This document shows positions 27,327-35,957 of a DNA stretch of 64,000 nucleotides, one piece after another (position 1 is the first letter of the stretch; every line of letters starts with the position of its first letter). The stretch spans positions 1 through 64,000 of the IMG/VR virus record IMGVR_UViG_3300028844_003737; one strand, given 5' to 3'. This stretch comes from a virus. The notes under the pieces were generated by a model. That model had not been told where the DNA came from. It did no database searches and saw nothing but the letters and a program-made list of their open reading frames with translations. A program made the translations under genes and the position numbers.

Positions 27327-27341
27327 TTACAGGAGATATAA

Positions 27342-27419
27342 ATGGGAACAATGCTACTAATATTCGTAATATTTCATTGTGTTTTTATGTCATTACTTTT
27401 TATTTATATGGATGACTAA
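27342..27419 (+). CDS. 25-aa TM peptide
   Basis: AGGAG RBS; TAATG coupling to the next gene. Confidence 0.5.
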   Translation: MGTMLLIFVIFHCVFMSLLFIYMDD

Positions 27420-27826
27420 TGGCTAGTATATTATTACCACCAGCAATAGCAGCTAAAGGATTTATTGATGCGGCTATACCAATCAATGTTACTGCTACAG
27501 CTGCTTTGGCTGGATATGGAGCTGCTATCGTACCAGCAGTTACAGCTATAACATCCGCTGGTACATCAATTGGAATTATACAGACTACTCTTTTACCAAG
27601 CGGAGCAATACAACCACCAGCTAAAATTGGACTAAATACTACAGCAACTATTTTAGCTCAGATAGCTACTATACAAGGAACCATAGTCGCTACTATACCA
27701 CAATCTGTTGCTGTTGCGGGAGCACCATCACCATCATTTCCAGCATCAGCCGCTTTAGTCGGAACACAATTAGCAACATTATCGGCTGCTATATTCACTA
27801 CTCTAATAACACCACAAACAGTATAA
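27419..27826 (+). CDS. Ala/Thr/Ile/Pro-rich, almost uncharged protein
   Basis: Only 3 charged residues in 135 aa; translationally coupled. Confidence 0.7.
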   Translation: MASILLPPAIAAKGFIDAAIPINVTATAALAGYGAAIVPAVTAITSAGTSIGIIQTTLLPSGAIQPPAKIGLNTTATILAQIATIQGTIVATIPQSVAVAGAPSPSFPASAALVGTQLATLSAAIFTTLITPQTV

Positions 27827-27837
27827 AAAATAAAAAA

Positions 27838-27881
27838 ATCTGGACTTTTTGCTTGTATCTTAGCAAATTTATTCGTAGCTT
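27838..27881 (+). promoter_or_regulatory. Repeated early promoter, copy 4
   Basis: TCTGGACTTTTT, then TTGTAT(27853)-N17-TAGCTT(27876). Confidence 0.8.
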
Positions 27882-27904
27882 TATATGTTATGAAAGGGAT
27901 AAAT

Positions 27905-28417
27905 ATGAAAGATAAAAAAACAATAATATTTGATTTGGATGGGACTCTTGCTGATATCGATATTCGTAGGGATAAATCTCTCAAACCTAATGGTAAATTA
28001 GATTGGAAGATATTTGCTTCACCTACTTCTATTATGGATTGGGATAAACCAAATTTACCAGTAATCAAAATGGCTCAAATGTTCAAAGCTGATGGATTCA
28101 AAATTGTAATCTTCTCAGGTAGAAATGATAGGGCTTTCTATGCTACTAAAGATTGGTTGAAAATTCACAATGTACCATTTGATTTGTTAGTGATGAGGCC
28201 TGATAAGTTCAAAGCTGATTCATGGCCAATTGCTATTGGAAATCCAGCTACTAAAGCTATGAGATTTATGCCTGATGAAATCCTAAAGAAATCTATGTTA
28301 GATACCTTTGTTGATATCAATGATGTTTTTCTTGTCGTTGATGATAGAGATAAGGTTGTGAAGATGTGGAGAGATTTGGGATTGAATACATTTCAAGTTG
28401 CTCCTGGTGATTTTTGA
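27905..28417 (+). CDS. HAD-family phosphatase (PseT/polynucleotide kinase phosphatase-like)
   Basis: FDLDGTL, SGR, MRP, VDDR, FQVAPGDF. Confidence 0.88.
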   Translation: MKDKKTIIFDLDGTLADIDIRRDKSLKPNGKLDWKIFASPTSIMDWDKPNLPVIKMAQMFKADGFKIVIFSGRNDRAFYATKDWLKIHNVPFDLLVMRPDKFKADSWPIAIGNPATKAMRFMPDEILKKSMLDTFVDINDVFLVVDDRDKVVKMWRDLGLNTFQVAPGDF

Positions 28418-28553
28418 TGCCGTACTTTTTACTAAAAATTTTTTGGTGGTTTGATGGCATCATCTCACTATTTAAAAATGTAATCTTTATGATGATGTAT
28501 AAGAGACATCTAAAAAAGCGAATAGAAAAAAATAACTTTGGAAGAAGAGAGGA

Positions 28554-29504
28554 ATGGTAATGAATATAGGATATGCTTGTATCAACATGCAATTGTCGTA
28601 CCCACAAAAATATGGTGGTCAACCTAAAGGTGTAAAGCCGATAACTACTGGTAGGAGTATGATAAAACGAACATTTCTATCTAAGGGTGTAGACTATGCT
28701 AGTGAACTTACACTAGCCAATGCTATGGACTTAGATAAGATTATGGATTGGAATATACTGAATGGGTACAATTTCTTTCGTATCACATCAGGCCTCGCAC
28801 CTTGGAAGTCTGAGTATGAATGGGATGACTTGAAAGATATTGAAAAGATTAGACAATACTTACACTCTGCTGGCGTGAAAGCTAAAACTCATAATATTCG
28901 TATCACATCTCATCCAGGTCCTTTCAATGTACTTACATCGCCACATCCGCATGTAGTTGAAAATTGTATTGGTGATTTGACTGACCATGCTGCTACATTT
29001 GATATGATGGGACTAAGTGAGACGCCATACAACAAAATCAATATTCATATTGGCGGTGCTTATGGAGATAAAGAATCAGCTATGAAGAGATTCTGTGAAA
29101 ACTTCAAAATGTTACCAAAATCTGTACAGAGTAGACTAACAGTAGAAAACGATGACAAAGCTAGTATGTATTCAGTTAGGGATTTGTATGATGGTGTTTA
29201 CAAAGTAATTGGTATTCCTATCGTATTTGATTACCACCACCATCAGTTTTGTACAGGCGATTTATCAGAACAACAAGCTTTGGAGTTGGCTATATCAACT
29301 TGGCCTGATGGTATCACACCAGCTACTCACTATTCAGAGAGTAGACGAGATGAACAGAAAGATGAGACTATCAGAGTTCAAGCTCATTCAGATTATGTTT
29401 TACAAAAAATCAATACTTATGGTAATGAGATTGATGTTATGGTAGAAGCTAAACACAAAGAACTAGCAGTAGAAAAATATAAGGAATTACATATGGGGCT
29501 GTAG
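28554..29504 (+). CDS. uvsE: UV damage endonuclease UvdE/UvsE
   Basis: IGYACIN, FFRITS, HPGPF, IHIGG, ENDD, FDYHHH, HYS, AHSD, MVEAKHKE. Confidence 0.93.
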   Translation: MVMNIGYACINMQLSYPQKYGGQPKGVKPITTGRSMIKRTFLSKGVDYASELTLANAMDLDKIMDWNILNGYNFFRITSGLAPWKSEYEWDDLKDIEKIRQYLHSAGVKAKTHNIRITSHPGPFNVLTSPHPHVVENCIGDLTDHAATFDMMGLSETPYNKINIHIGGAYGDKESAMKRFCENFKMLPKSVQSRLTVENDDKASMYSVRDLYDGVYKVIGIPIVFDYHHHQFCTGDLSEQQALELAISTWPDGITPATHYSESRRDEQKDETIRVQAHSDYVLQKINTYGNEIDVMVEAKHKELAVEKYKELHMGL

Positions 29505-29567
29505 CTCAGTTGGGAGAGCGCTTCCCTTGCACGGAAGAAGTCGCAGGTTCGATCCCTGTCAGCTCCA
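29495..29567 (+). tRNA. tRNA-Ala(UGC), CCA not encoded
   Basis: GGGGCTG/CAGCTCC acceptor with G3:U70; CTTCC-CTTGCAC-GGAAG anticodon arm; GGTTCGATCC T-arm. Confidence 0.95.
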
Positions 29568-29573
29568 CATATT

Positions 29574-29837
29574 ATGTGGTATAAAATAAAAGCAAAAGAT
29601 ATGTCGTTAGGTAAACCAAATGGAATAGTTGTTACATTTTCTATTTGGGCTGATGATGAAAAGAAACTCAGTAAGATATTAGCTGATAAAAATTGTGTTG
29701 ATATTAGTATATTAGATAGTACAGAAGAAGAGTGGACTCCTGAATGGGCTGATTCAGTAGATGAAAATTCGGTTATTGAGATGATACCAGACCCAAAAGA
29801 TATACCTAATATTGAAAGTGAAAATCCCTTTTGGTAA
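29574..29837 (+). CDS. Hypothetical acidic protein
   Basis: ORF. Confidence 0.55.
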   Translation: MWYKIKAKDMSLGKPNGIVVTFSIWADDEKKLSKILADKNCVDISILDSTEEEWTPEWADSVDENSVIEMIPDPKDIPNIESENPFW

Positions 29838-29937
29838 ATAAATGAGCTTTTCTGGAATAAAAGTATGCCGATACTGCAATTTCTCACTCCATGGATCATG
29901 TAAACACAAATGAGTGAGTATAAAAAAAGATCAATAA

Positions 29938-29981
29938 ATCTGGACTTTTTACTTGTATATATGCTCAAAAATGTGTAGCTT
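29938..29981 (+). promoter_or_regulatory. Repeated early promoter, copy 5
   Basis: TCTGGACTTTTT, then TTGTAT(29953)-N17-TAGCTT(29976). Confidence 0.8.
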
Positions 29982-30007
29982 TATATATAATGAAAGAGGA
30001 AAATAAA

Positions 30008-30601
30008 ATGAATAAGAATCAAATCGAAACAGACATCAATTATCATATTTCTATGGTATATGAATTGGCTTCAAATATGGGAGTAAGTAACCCATTTGAT
30101 AAATATAAATTTAGAGAACTTCAGGTTGGTTCTATTTTAGGACATGAGGTTTTCGAAGGTGCTTCTAATGGTGGAGACAATGATGAGACATTTGGTGCTG
30201 ATGCTCATGAAGCAGATGGTTCTAAAGCTGAGTATAAGTCTGTAACTTTGGATAAGAAAGAGTTAGATAAGTTCTTAGGTAACAATGTTCGTGGAACTAC
30301 TTTGAAAGCAGCTGGTGTCTATAATGGTGCTTACTCTGCTGAAAGTATCAATAGGTATAGAGAATGTAACCACTACTTCTCACTTCATTATGGTGGTGAT
30401 GTTGTCGCTATTGTAAAAGTAGACACAACTTATGTATGTGATACTTTGATGGCTAATAACAATAAGAGAGAAGAAAAGACTATGAAGTTGATTGCTGAAG
30501 GTGCTAAGAAACTTCCAACTACTAATTGTAACTCTGTATCAGTTGAGGTTGTTGATTCAAACCCAATTATAGAGTTTGTCTATGTAAATGAGAAATACTA
30601 A
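30008..30601 (+). CDS. PD-(D/E)XK endonuclease, PvuII-like
   Basis: GADAHEADGSKAEYKS has the D-x9-E-x-K spacing of R.PvuII (GNDAVDNAGQEYELKS, from memory). Confidence 0.55.
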   Translation: MNKNQIETDINYHISMVYELASNMGVSNPFDKYKFRELQVGSILGHEVFEGASNGGDNDETFGADAHEADGSKAEYKSVTLDKKELDKFLGNNVRGTTLKAAGVYNGAYSAESINRYRECNHYFSLHYGGDVVAIVKVDTTYVCDTLMANNNKREEKTMKLIAEGAKKLPTTNCNSVSVEVVDSNPIIEFVYVNEKY

Positions 30602-30643
30602 AAATAAAATTGTATTTCAGGTATTATATAGATATATATTATT

Positions 30644-30715
30644 GCGGGTGAAGTGTTATAGGAAACACACTTCGATACCATCGAAGAGATGTAGGTTCGA
30701 CTCCCACCACCCGCT
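30644..30715 (+). tRNA. tRNA-Gly with ACC anticodon
   Basis: Acceptor GCGGGTG/CACCCGC with U73 (Gly identity); D-stem GTGT/ACAC; anticodon arm CTTCG-ATACCAT-CGAAG (ACC at 30677-79); GGTTCGACTCC T-arm. Confidence 0.85.
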
Positions 30716-30777
30716 CAAACTTTCGGCCATCAAAGGCTATTTACTAATTACTAATTGAATATTTATAGGAAAATGTT

Positions 30778-31971
30778 ATGAGTTTCACCGACTTTTTTGA
30801 CGAACCCAAGTTTGACTTCGAAGCTGAACGTAAGAAGTTTATCGATAATTTAGACTATCTAAAGTCTATGTCTGTTCAAGAACAAACGCTTTATAAAAAA
30901 TGGTTAGAGTTCAATGCTGATGTCTATTCTATGACTCAGAAAGCTCCACACTTTTCTAAGATAGAGAAATCTATTTGGACACCAAAAGATATAAATAATA
31001 AAGAACAAACTATCAAAGAGATAGAAGCCTTAGAACCTTATGTTGAGATGACAGAACAAGGTAACACTAAACATAATGAAGAGTGGACATTGGTTCGTAG
31101 GTTGATTCATACTATGGAATTTACTGCTAATCCTGGCAGAAATGTAAAGTTCTATGTAAAAGATAAAGTAACTAAAAAGATTTTAGGTATTATATGTTTA
31201 GGCTCTGATGTAACATCATTGGGAGCTAGAGATAATTTTATTGGTTGGACAAAAGATAATAAGTTCAAAGATGGTAAATTGAAATATACTTCCATCGGTA
31301 CTACTATTTGTTGTGCTCAACCATTAGGTTTTAATTTTTTGGGGGGTAAGTTAGTAGCCGCTTTAGTAACTTCATCGGTTGTAAGAGACGCTTGGAAGAA
31401 ACTATACGGGCAGACACTTGTTGGACTATCAACTACATCGCTATACGGAATACATTCTATGTATAACTCTATACCACTTTGGAGAACTATGGGTTCTTCT
31501 AAAGGTAGGATTGCGCTAAAGCCTGACGATGAGACTTATGATATATGGCACCAGTGGTTGAAGGAAAATAAAGAAGAAGAGTACTTAGCGGCTACTACAC
31601 AAAAAGAGGGCGTTGCTGGTCCTCCAACTGGAGTAAAACAAAAGACAATCAATTTGATTTTCAAAGCAGTTGGAATCAAAGCATCTGAATATCAACACGG
31701 ATTCAAACGTGGTATTTACTTTGCTGATATCTATGAAAATGGTAAAGAGTTTTTGCGTGGTGAGATAGAAGAAAAAGATTTGAAGATGAAGAAAAAGTAT
31801 GTCGAAGATTCTGATTATATTATGAAGTGGTGGAAACCAAAGGCTATCAAGAGATATAGTAAGTTATTTGATGAAGGTAGACTAAAGCCAGAAAAACTTT
31901 TCTATGGTGATATCGTAGGAACTGAATGGGAAGAAACAAAGAAAAAGTATTTAGGAGAAGTAGGTAGATGA
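30778..31971 (+). CDS. DUF4338 (DruA-like) family protein
   Basis: PGRNVKF, LGSDV..RD..IGW, QPLGFNFLGGKL, TTSLYG. Confidence 0.75.
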   Translation: MSFTDFFDEPKFDFEAERKKFIDNLDYLKSMSVQEQTLYKKWLEFNADVYSMTQKAPHFSKIEKSIWTPKDINNKEQTIKEIEALEPYVEMTEQGNTKHNEEWTLVRRLIHTMEFTANPGRNVKFYVKDKVTKKILGIICLGSDVTSLGARDNFIGWTKDNKFKDGKLKYTSIGTTICCAQPLGFNFLGGKLVAALVTSSVVRDAWKKLYGQTLVGLSTTSLYGIHSMYNSIPLWRTMGSSKGRIALKPDDETYDIWHQWLKENKEEEYLAATTQKEGVAGPPTGVKQKTINLIFKAVGIKASEYQHGFKRGIYFADIYENGKEFLRGEIEEKDLKMKKKYVEDSDYIMKWWKPKAIKRYSKLFDEGRLKPEKLFYGDIVGTEWEETKKKYLGEVGR

Positions 31972-32759
31972 TATTAGAAAATAAAGATTGTTTAGAATTT
32001 TTATCAGAGTTAGATACAGAATCAGTAGATTTAGTTCTAACAGACCCACCTTACTTTATAGGTTATGATGGTGGTAAGGGCTGGGATTCTGCTTGGGACA
32101 GTGAAGAAGAATATTTAGACTGGTGCATGAAGTGGAGTGAAGAATGTGTAAGAGTCTTGAAACCTAGTGGGTGTATGTATGTTTGGGGTACTACTAAAAC
32201 CGATACATTTTTGAAATATAAATTAGATATTCTAAACTCTTTTGAAGATATGGTTTACCAAAGTTGGATAATATGGTCTTATGATTGGGGTGGTAGAACG
32301 AAGAAAAACTTTGCTAGAAAGCATGAGGACTTACTTATGTATTCTAAAGGTAAAGAGTTTATGTTCAATAGAGACGATATTAGAATTCCTTATATTATGA
32401 AAAAAAGTGTTCGTAAAGGAACAGAACTAAATCCACTTGGTAAGATACCAACTGATGTTTGGCCTAAAAATAATCATACAACATCAAAAGAATATGCTGG
32501 ATGGCATCCAACTCAAAAGCCAGTTGAGTTATTGGAAAGAATTATAAAAGCTCATACAAATCCTCATGATGTAGTATTAGATATATTCAATGGAAGTGGA
32601 AGTACTACTATAGCTTGTGCTAATACTCAAAGAGATTTCTTAGGGTGCGAGTTAGATAAAGAATATTATGATAAGTCTCTGAAGAGAATTGATGAGTTGA
32701 CTGGTATTGGTAAGTTTACAAGTAATAAACTAATTGATATTTTAGGAAAAAGTACTTGA
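31968..32759 (+). CDS. DNA N6-A/N4-C methyltransferase (beta class)
   Basis: TDPPY, RVLKPSG, HPTQKP, DIFNGSGST, GCELD. Confidence 0.93.
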   Translation: MILENKDCLEFLSELDTESVDLVLTDPPYFIGYDGGKGWDSAWDSEEEYLDWCMKWSEECVRVLKPSGCMYVWGTTKTDTFLKYKLDILNSFEDMVYQSWIIWSYDWGGRTKKNFARKHEDLLMYSKGKEFMFNRDDIRIPYIMKKSVRKGTELNPLGKIPTDVWPKNNHTTSKEYAGWHPTQKPVELLERIIKAHTNPHDVVLDIFNGSGSTTIACANTQRDFLGCELDKEYYDKSLKRIDELTGIGKFTSNKLIDILGKST

Positions 32760-32784
32760 CTTTTAGCATAATTATTTGTAGCTT
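32756..32784 (+). promoter_or_regulatory. Repeated early promoter, copy 6
   Basis: TTGACT-N17-TAGCTT. Confidence 0.75.
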
Positions 32785-32811
32785 TAGATATAATAAAATG
32801 GAAAATAAAAA

Positions 32812-34704
32812 ATGAATAACAGAAAACCATTCAATAAACTTTTCAACAATGTTCTATCATCTGCTAAACCACCTGAAGAAAAGGGTTTGGGTGTAAGAGT
32901 AGAAGGTAAGGGTAGAACTGAGGCTAGAGAAGTTTCACTCACACCTCAGATAATTGAGGATATATTCAACGAACAAGATGGAAAGTGTGCTTTATCAGGA
33001 GCTGATTTAGACTTAGATGCTTTGTACATACCTAACAGTCCATTAGCACCATCTATCGATAGGATATCTAATAACTATGGATACCATCGTGATAATGTTC
33101 ATATCGTTCTAAGATTTGTAAATATGGGTCGTGGAAAAAGTGAAGTAAATGAAGCTGTAGCAGCTATAAATTCTATAAAAGCTGCAGACTATGAAATTGG
33201 GCCTTGGTACTTTCCACCTATACCATACGATGAACTATTCTATAAACCTATAGCTAATTCTCTTGAAGCAGCTCAGTTGGGTTTGATAAATATCTTACAA
33301 GCACCGATGGGTGCTGGTAAAACTTACACAGCATTCATGCATCTTATTCCTGAACTGATTACTAAAAAGGATGTTGATGTAATATGGTTCTTTGCTCCAA
33401 ATTGTGACAACATACCTAAGGATGAGTTCAATGATTATTTGGATGAGTGGTATGGGGATGAACGATTTGAGGGTATGAATCTTAGAAAGATAAAGATAAT
33501 AAAAGTTGGTGGTCTTAATGCAAGACCTTGGAGAGAAGCAAAGAAAAAAATTAGAGATGGTTATACAACTATATTTATTTCTACCGATGCCACTATAGGT
33601 AAAGTGCTCTTAGAAAAAGATACATATGAACCAACTGAAGATTATAAATACTTGAAGTCTTTAGGGCAAAGGTTTGCTTTACTGAGAGATGAAATACACT
33701 ATGGTTCTGTATCGGATAAGAAACTATTGAAAAAGGTTATGGGTGGTTCTGAGAACGAAAAGTATAAAGCCAGAATGTACAATGTTATGTCTGAGTTTAC
33801 GGAAGTTACTCCTTGGGTATTTGGGTTTTCAGCAACACCAACATCAGAACAAATAGAAGAAGAAGTTGGAACAAGTAAGTATCAAATAATAAATGGTTGG
33901 GTTTCTCCAAAAGATTGTATAGCAAATAGTGCTTGGATAGGTAATATCTATCAAACATTAGATTTGAAAAAGTATTGTGATGATAATTATATGATGAAGT
34001 CTTTGAGGAGACTAATGTCTCGTGTAGAAAGTAGAAGTCTGATTATGGATAAGATGGTAGAATCAAACTCAAAGGACTTTCCAATACTAAATAAACTGAT
34101 AACTAAAACTACTGGTATGATAAAGGTTGATGTTGGAAGTGATAAAGAACATAAAGCATGTTTGTATAGAGTAAAAAAACTTTTAGTAAAAGCTGGTATT
34201 CCAAGTGATTGGACATTCATTGAAACTACTGCAGATGGATGGGTAGAGTATAATTCAAAAGGTAGAGTTGAACAAAAGAATACAGGTCTTGGATGGTTGA
34301 GTGAAATAAATGATCCAAATAGTTCTGCTAGATTACTTGTTGTTGTGAATAAAGGTGATAAAGGTATAAATGTACCTACACTAACAGATGGATTGATTTT
34401 TAGAAATCCAACACCAAGAGACAAAGAGTTAGGTATTTGGATTGTTAGAAATCCATTACAATTATTAGGTAGATGGGTTCGTAAGAATTGGGGTGGTTTA
34501 TCTTTAGAGGAAATAAATTCTCTATCAAGAGAAATAAGCTATCAAATTTTTTCTCAACTAAACACTTTTGATATTGAGGTACCAGATACACCACAATGGA
34601 AACAGACTATCGAAGAGTTTACACATCCAGTAAATGGTTATGCTGTAAGTGCTATAGATATATTAGGTTATGAATTTCAATGGCAAAGAAAAAAGACTGC
34701 ATGA
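32812..34704 (+). CDS. HNH-like nuclease fused to an SF2 (DExH, Res-like) helicase
   Basis: QDGKCALSG..PSIDRI..GYHRDNV; APMGAGKT, DEIH, SAT, GINVP, QLLGR. Confidence 0.75.
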   Translation: MNNRKPFNKLFNNVLSSAKPPEEKGLGVRVEGKGRTEAREVSLTPQIIEDIFNEQDGKCALSGADLDLDALYIPNSPLAPSIDRISNNYGYHRDNVHIVLRFVNMGRGKSEVNEAVAAINSIKAADYEIGPWYFPPIPYDELFYKPIANSLEAAQLGLINILQAPMGAGKTYTAFMHLIPELITKKDVDVIWFFAPNCDNIPKDEFNDYLDEWYGDERFEGMNLRKIKIIKVGGLNARPWREAKKKIRDGYTTIFISTDATIGKVLLEKDTYEPTEDYKYLKSLGQRFALLRDEIHYGSVSDKKLLKKVMGGSENEKYKARMYNVMSEFTEVTPWVFGFSATPTSEQIEEEVGTSKYQIINGWVSPKDCIANSAWIGNIYQTLDLKKYCDDNYMMKSLRRLMSRVESRSLIMDKMVESNSKDFPILNKLITKTTGMIKVDVGSDKEHKACLYRVKKLLVKAGIPSDWTFIETTADGWVEYNSKGRVEQKNTGLGWLSEINDPNSSARLLVVVNKGDKGINVPTLTDGLIFRNPTPRDKELGIWIVRNPLQLLGRWVRKNWGGLSLEEINSLSREISYQIFSQLNTFDIEVPDTPQWKQTIEEFTHPVNGYAVSAIDILGYEFQWQRKKTA

Positions 34705-35957
34705 TGAGAAAATTTTTTGAAGAATCAGACGAAAGTAGAGAATATAAATATAGGTGTTTGGTATATCCTAATATAACCTTTCAGAAGGACTTTACTAAGG
34801 ATAGTTATTATATTATAATGTCTAACATACTAAAGTATTTGACAGCGCTGAGAGAGGATATACACTTTACAGTGCTTACTCCAGAAATAATGCCTGGCTT
34901 TCAATATGAGAATACTGAACAAGTTCTTTACAAACAACCAACTTATCCAAATGAGATGAGACAACATTTCGATACTTATCAACTGAAAAAGATTACCGAC
35001 TATAAAACTAAAGATTGGGATTTTGTATATTGTTATTTACCTGAACATGCGCTACAATTAGAAAATCATTTCAACAATATGACTAATTGTAGACCTATTA
35101 TATTTGGTTATGATGCTTATATAGAAATACCAAAGACGACTGGTTATGAGTCAAGTTTACTTAGACAGCATTATGCTGGCTTGATGTCTATGAATAGTGT
35201 TGGTGTAAATTCACAGGCAGTAAAAGATACTATTATAGAACACGCACCAAGTTGTTTACCTGATAAAGATGTAGAGGTACTAAAAGATAAGATAAAACCT
35301 TTACCTCGTGGTTGGGATAATGTAGAAGGCCCAAGAAAAAAACCAAACTCAGAGTCTAAAGTAATTGTTTGGAATCATAGGGCTAATAGTTACAAAAGCT
35401 ATCCTTGGTTCTTACAACAGATGGATAAGTTATGGGAACAAAGAAAAGATTTTACAGTATGGGTGCCGCTAGCTGATTCAATAGATAGAGAATATATCTA
35501 TAATGATAAATTTGATAGACAAGGATACTTTACAGAACTATCTAAGTGTTGGGTAGGTGCTTGTGGACAATCACATCATACAGGATGGGCTAACTCTGCT
35601 TCCGATGGTATGGCTGTTGGTGTACCTTATATCTTTTATGATGCTGATTACTACTCACAATATGCTGAGGATGCTGGTATCTACTTCAAAAAAGATGAAG
35701 AGTTCATAAAAGAAATGAATAATATATTAGATGACGAAGATTATAGAAATTTATATTCTGAGAAATCAGAGACATTGGGAAAGCAAAACTCTTGGGAAGT
35801 TGTGGATTATATCCACAAAATTGGCTCAGTAACAAAAAAGCAGCTGTTAGAATATATTGGATGGGGTAGAGGAATACCTTTCAATATCTACAGAAATAGA
35901 CTTAGAACTGAACCTACAATAATATTAACTAAATATGGATATGAGGTAAGAAAATGA
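34701..35957 (+). CDS. GT-B glycosyltransferase (possible DNA-modifying)
   Basis: WNHR..K, SASDGMAVGVPYIF motif; ATGA overlap. Confidence 0.75.
   Translation: MMRKFFEESDESREYKYRCLVYPNITFQKDFTKDSYYIIMSNILKYLTALREDIHFTVLTPEIMPGFQYENTEQVLYKQPTYPNEMRQHFDTYQLKKITDYKTKDWDFVYCYLPEHALQLENHFNNMTNCRPIIFGYDAYIEIPKTTGYESSLLRQHYAGLMSMNSVGVNSQAVKDTIIEHAPSCLPDKDVEVLKDKIKPLPRGWDNVEGPRKKPNSESKVIVWNHRANSYKSYPWFLQQMDKLWEQRKDFTVWVPLADSIDREYIYNDKFDRQGYFTELSKCWVGACGQSHHTGWANSASDGMAVGVPYIFYDADYYSQYAEDAGIYFKKDEEFIKEMNNILDDEDYRNLYSEKSETLGKQNSWEVVDYIHKIGSVTKKQLLEYIGWGRGIPFNIYRNRLRTEPTIILTKYGYEVRK

Noticed and set aside
29842-29918. 23-aa Cys/His ORF MSFSGIKVCRYCNFSLHGSCKHK
   Set aside because: No RBS; overlaps a CTCACTC/GAGTGAG hairpin that may simply be a terminator-like element
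30778-34704. Complete Druantia defence system
   Set aside because: Only a DruA-like gene is present; the helicase is far smaller than DruE and no DruB-D genes are recognisable
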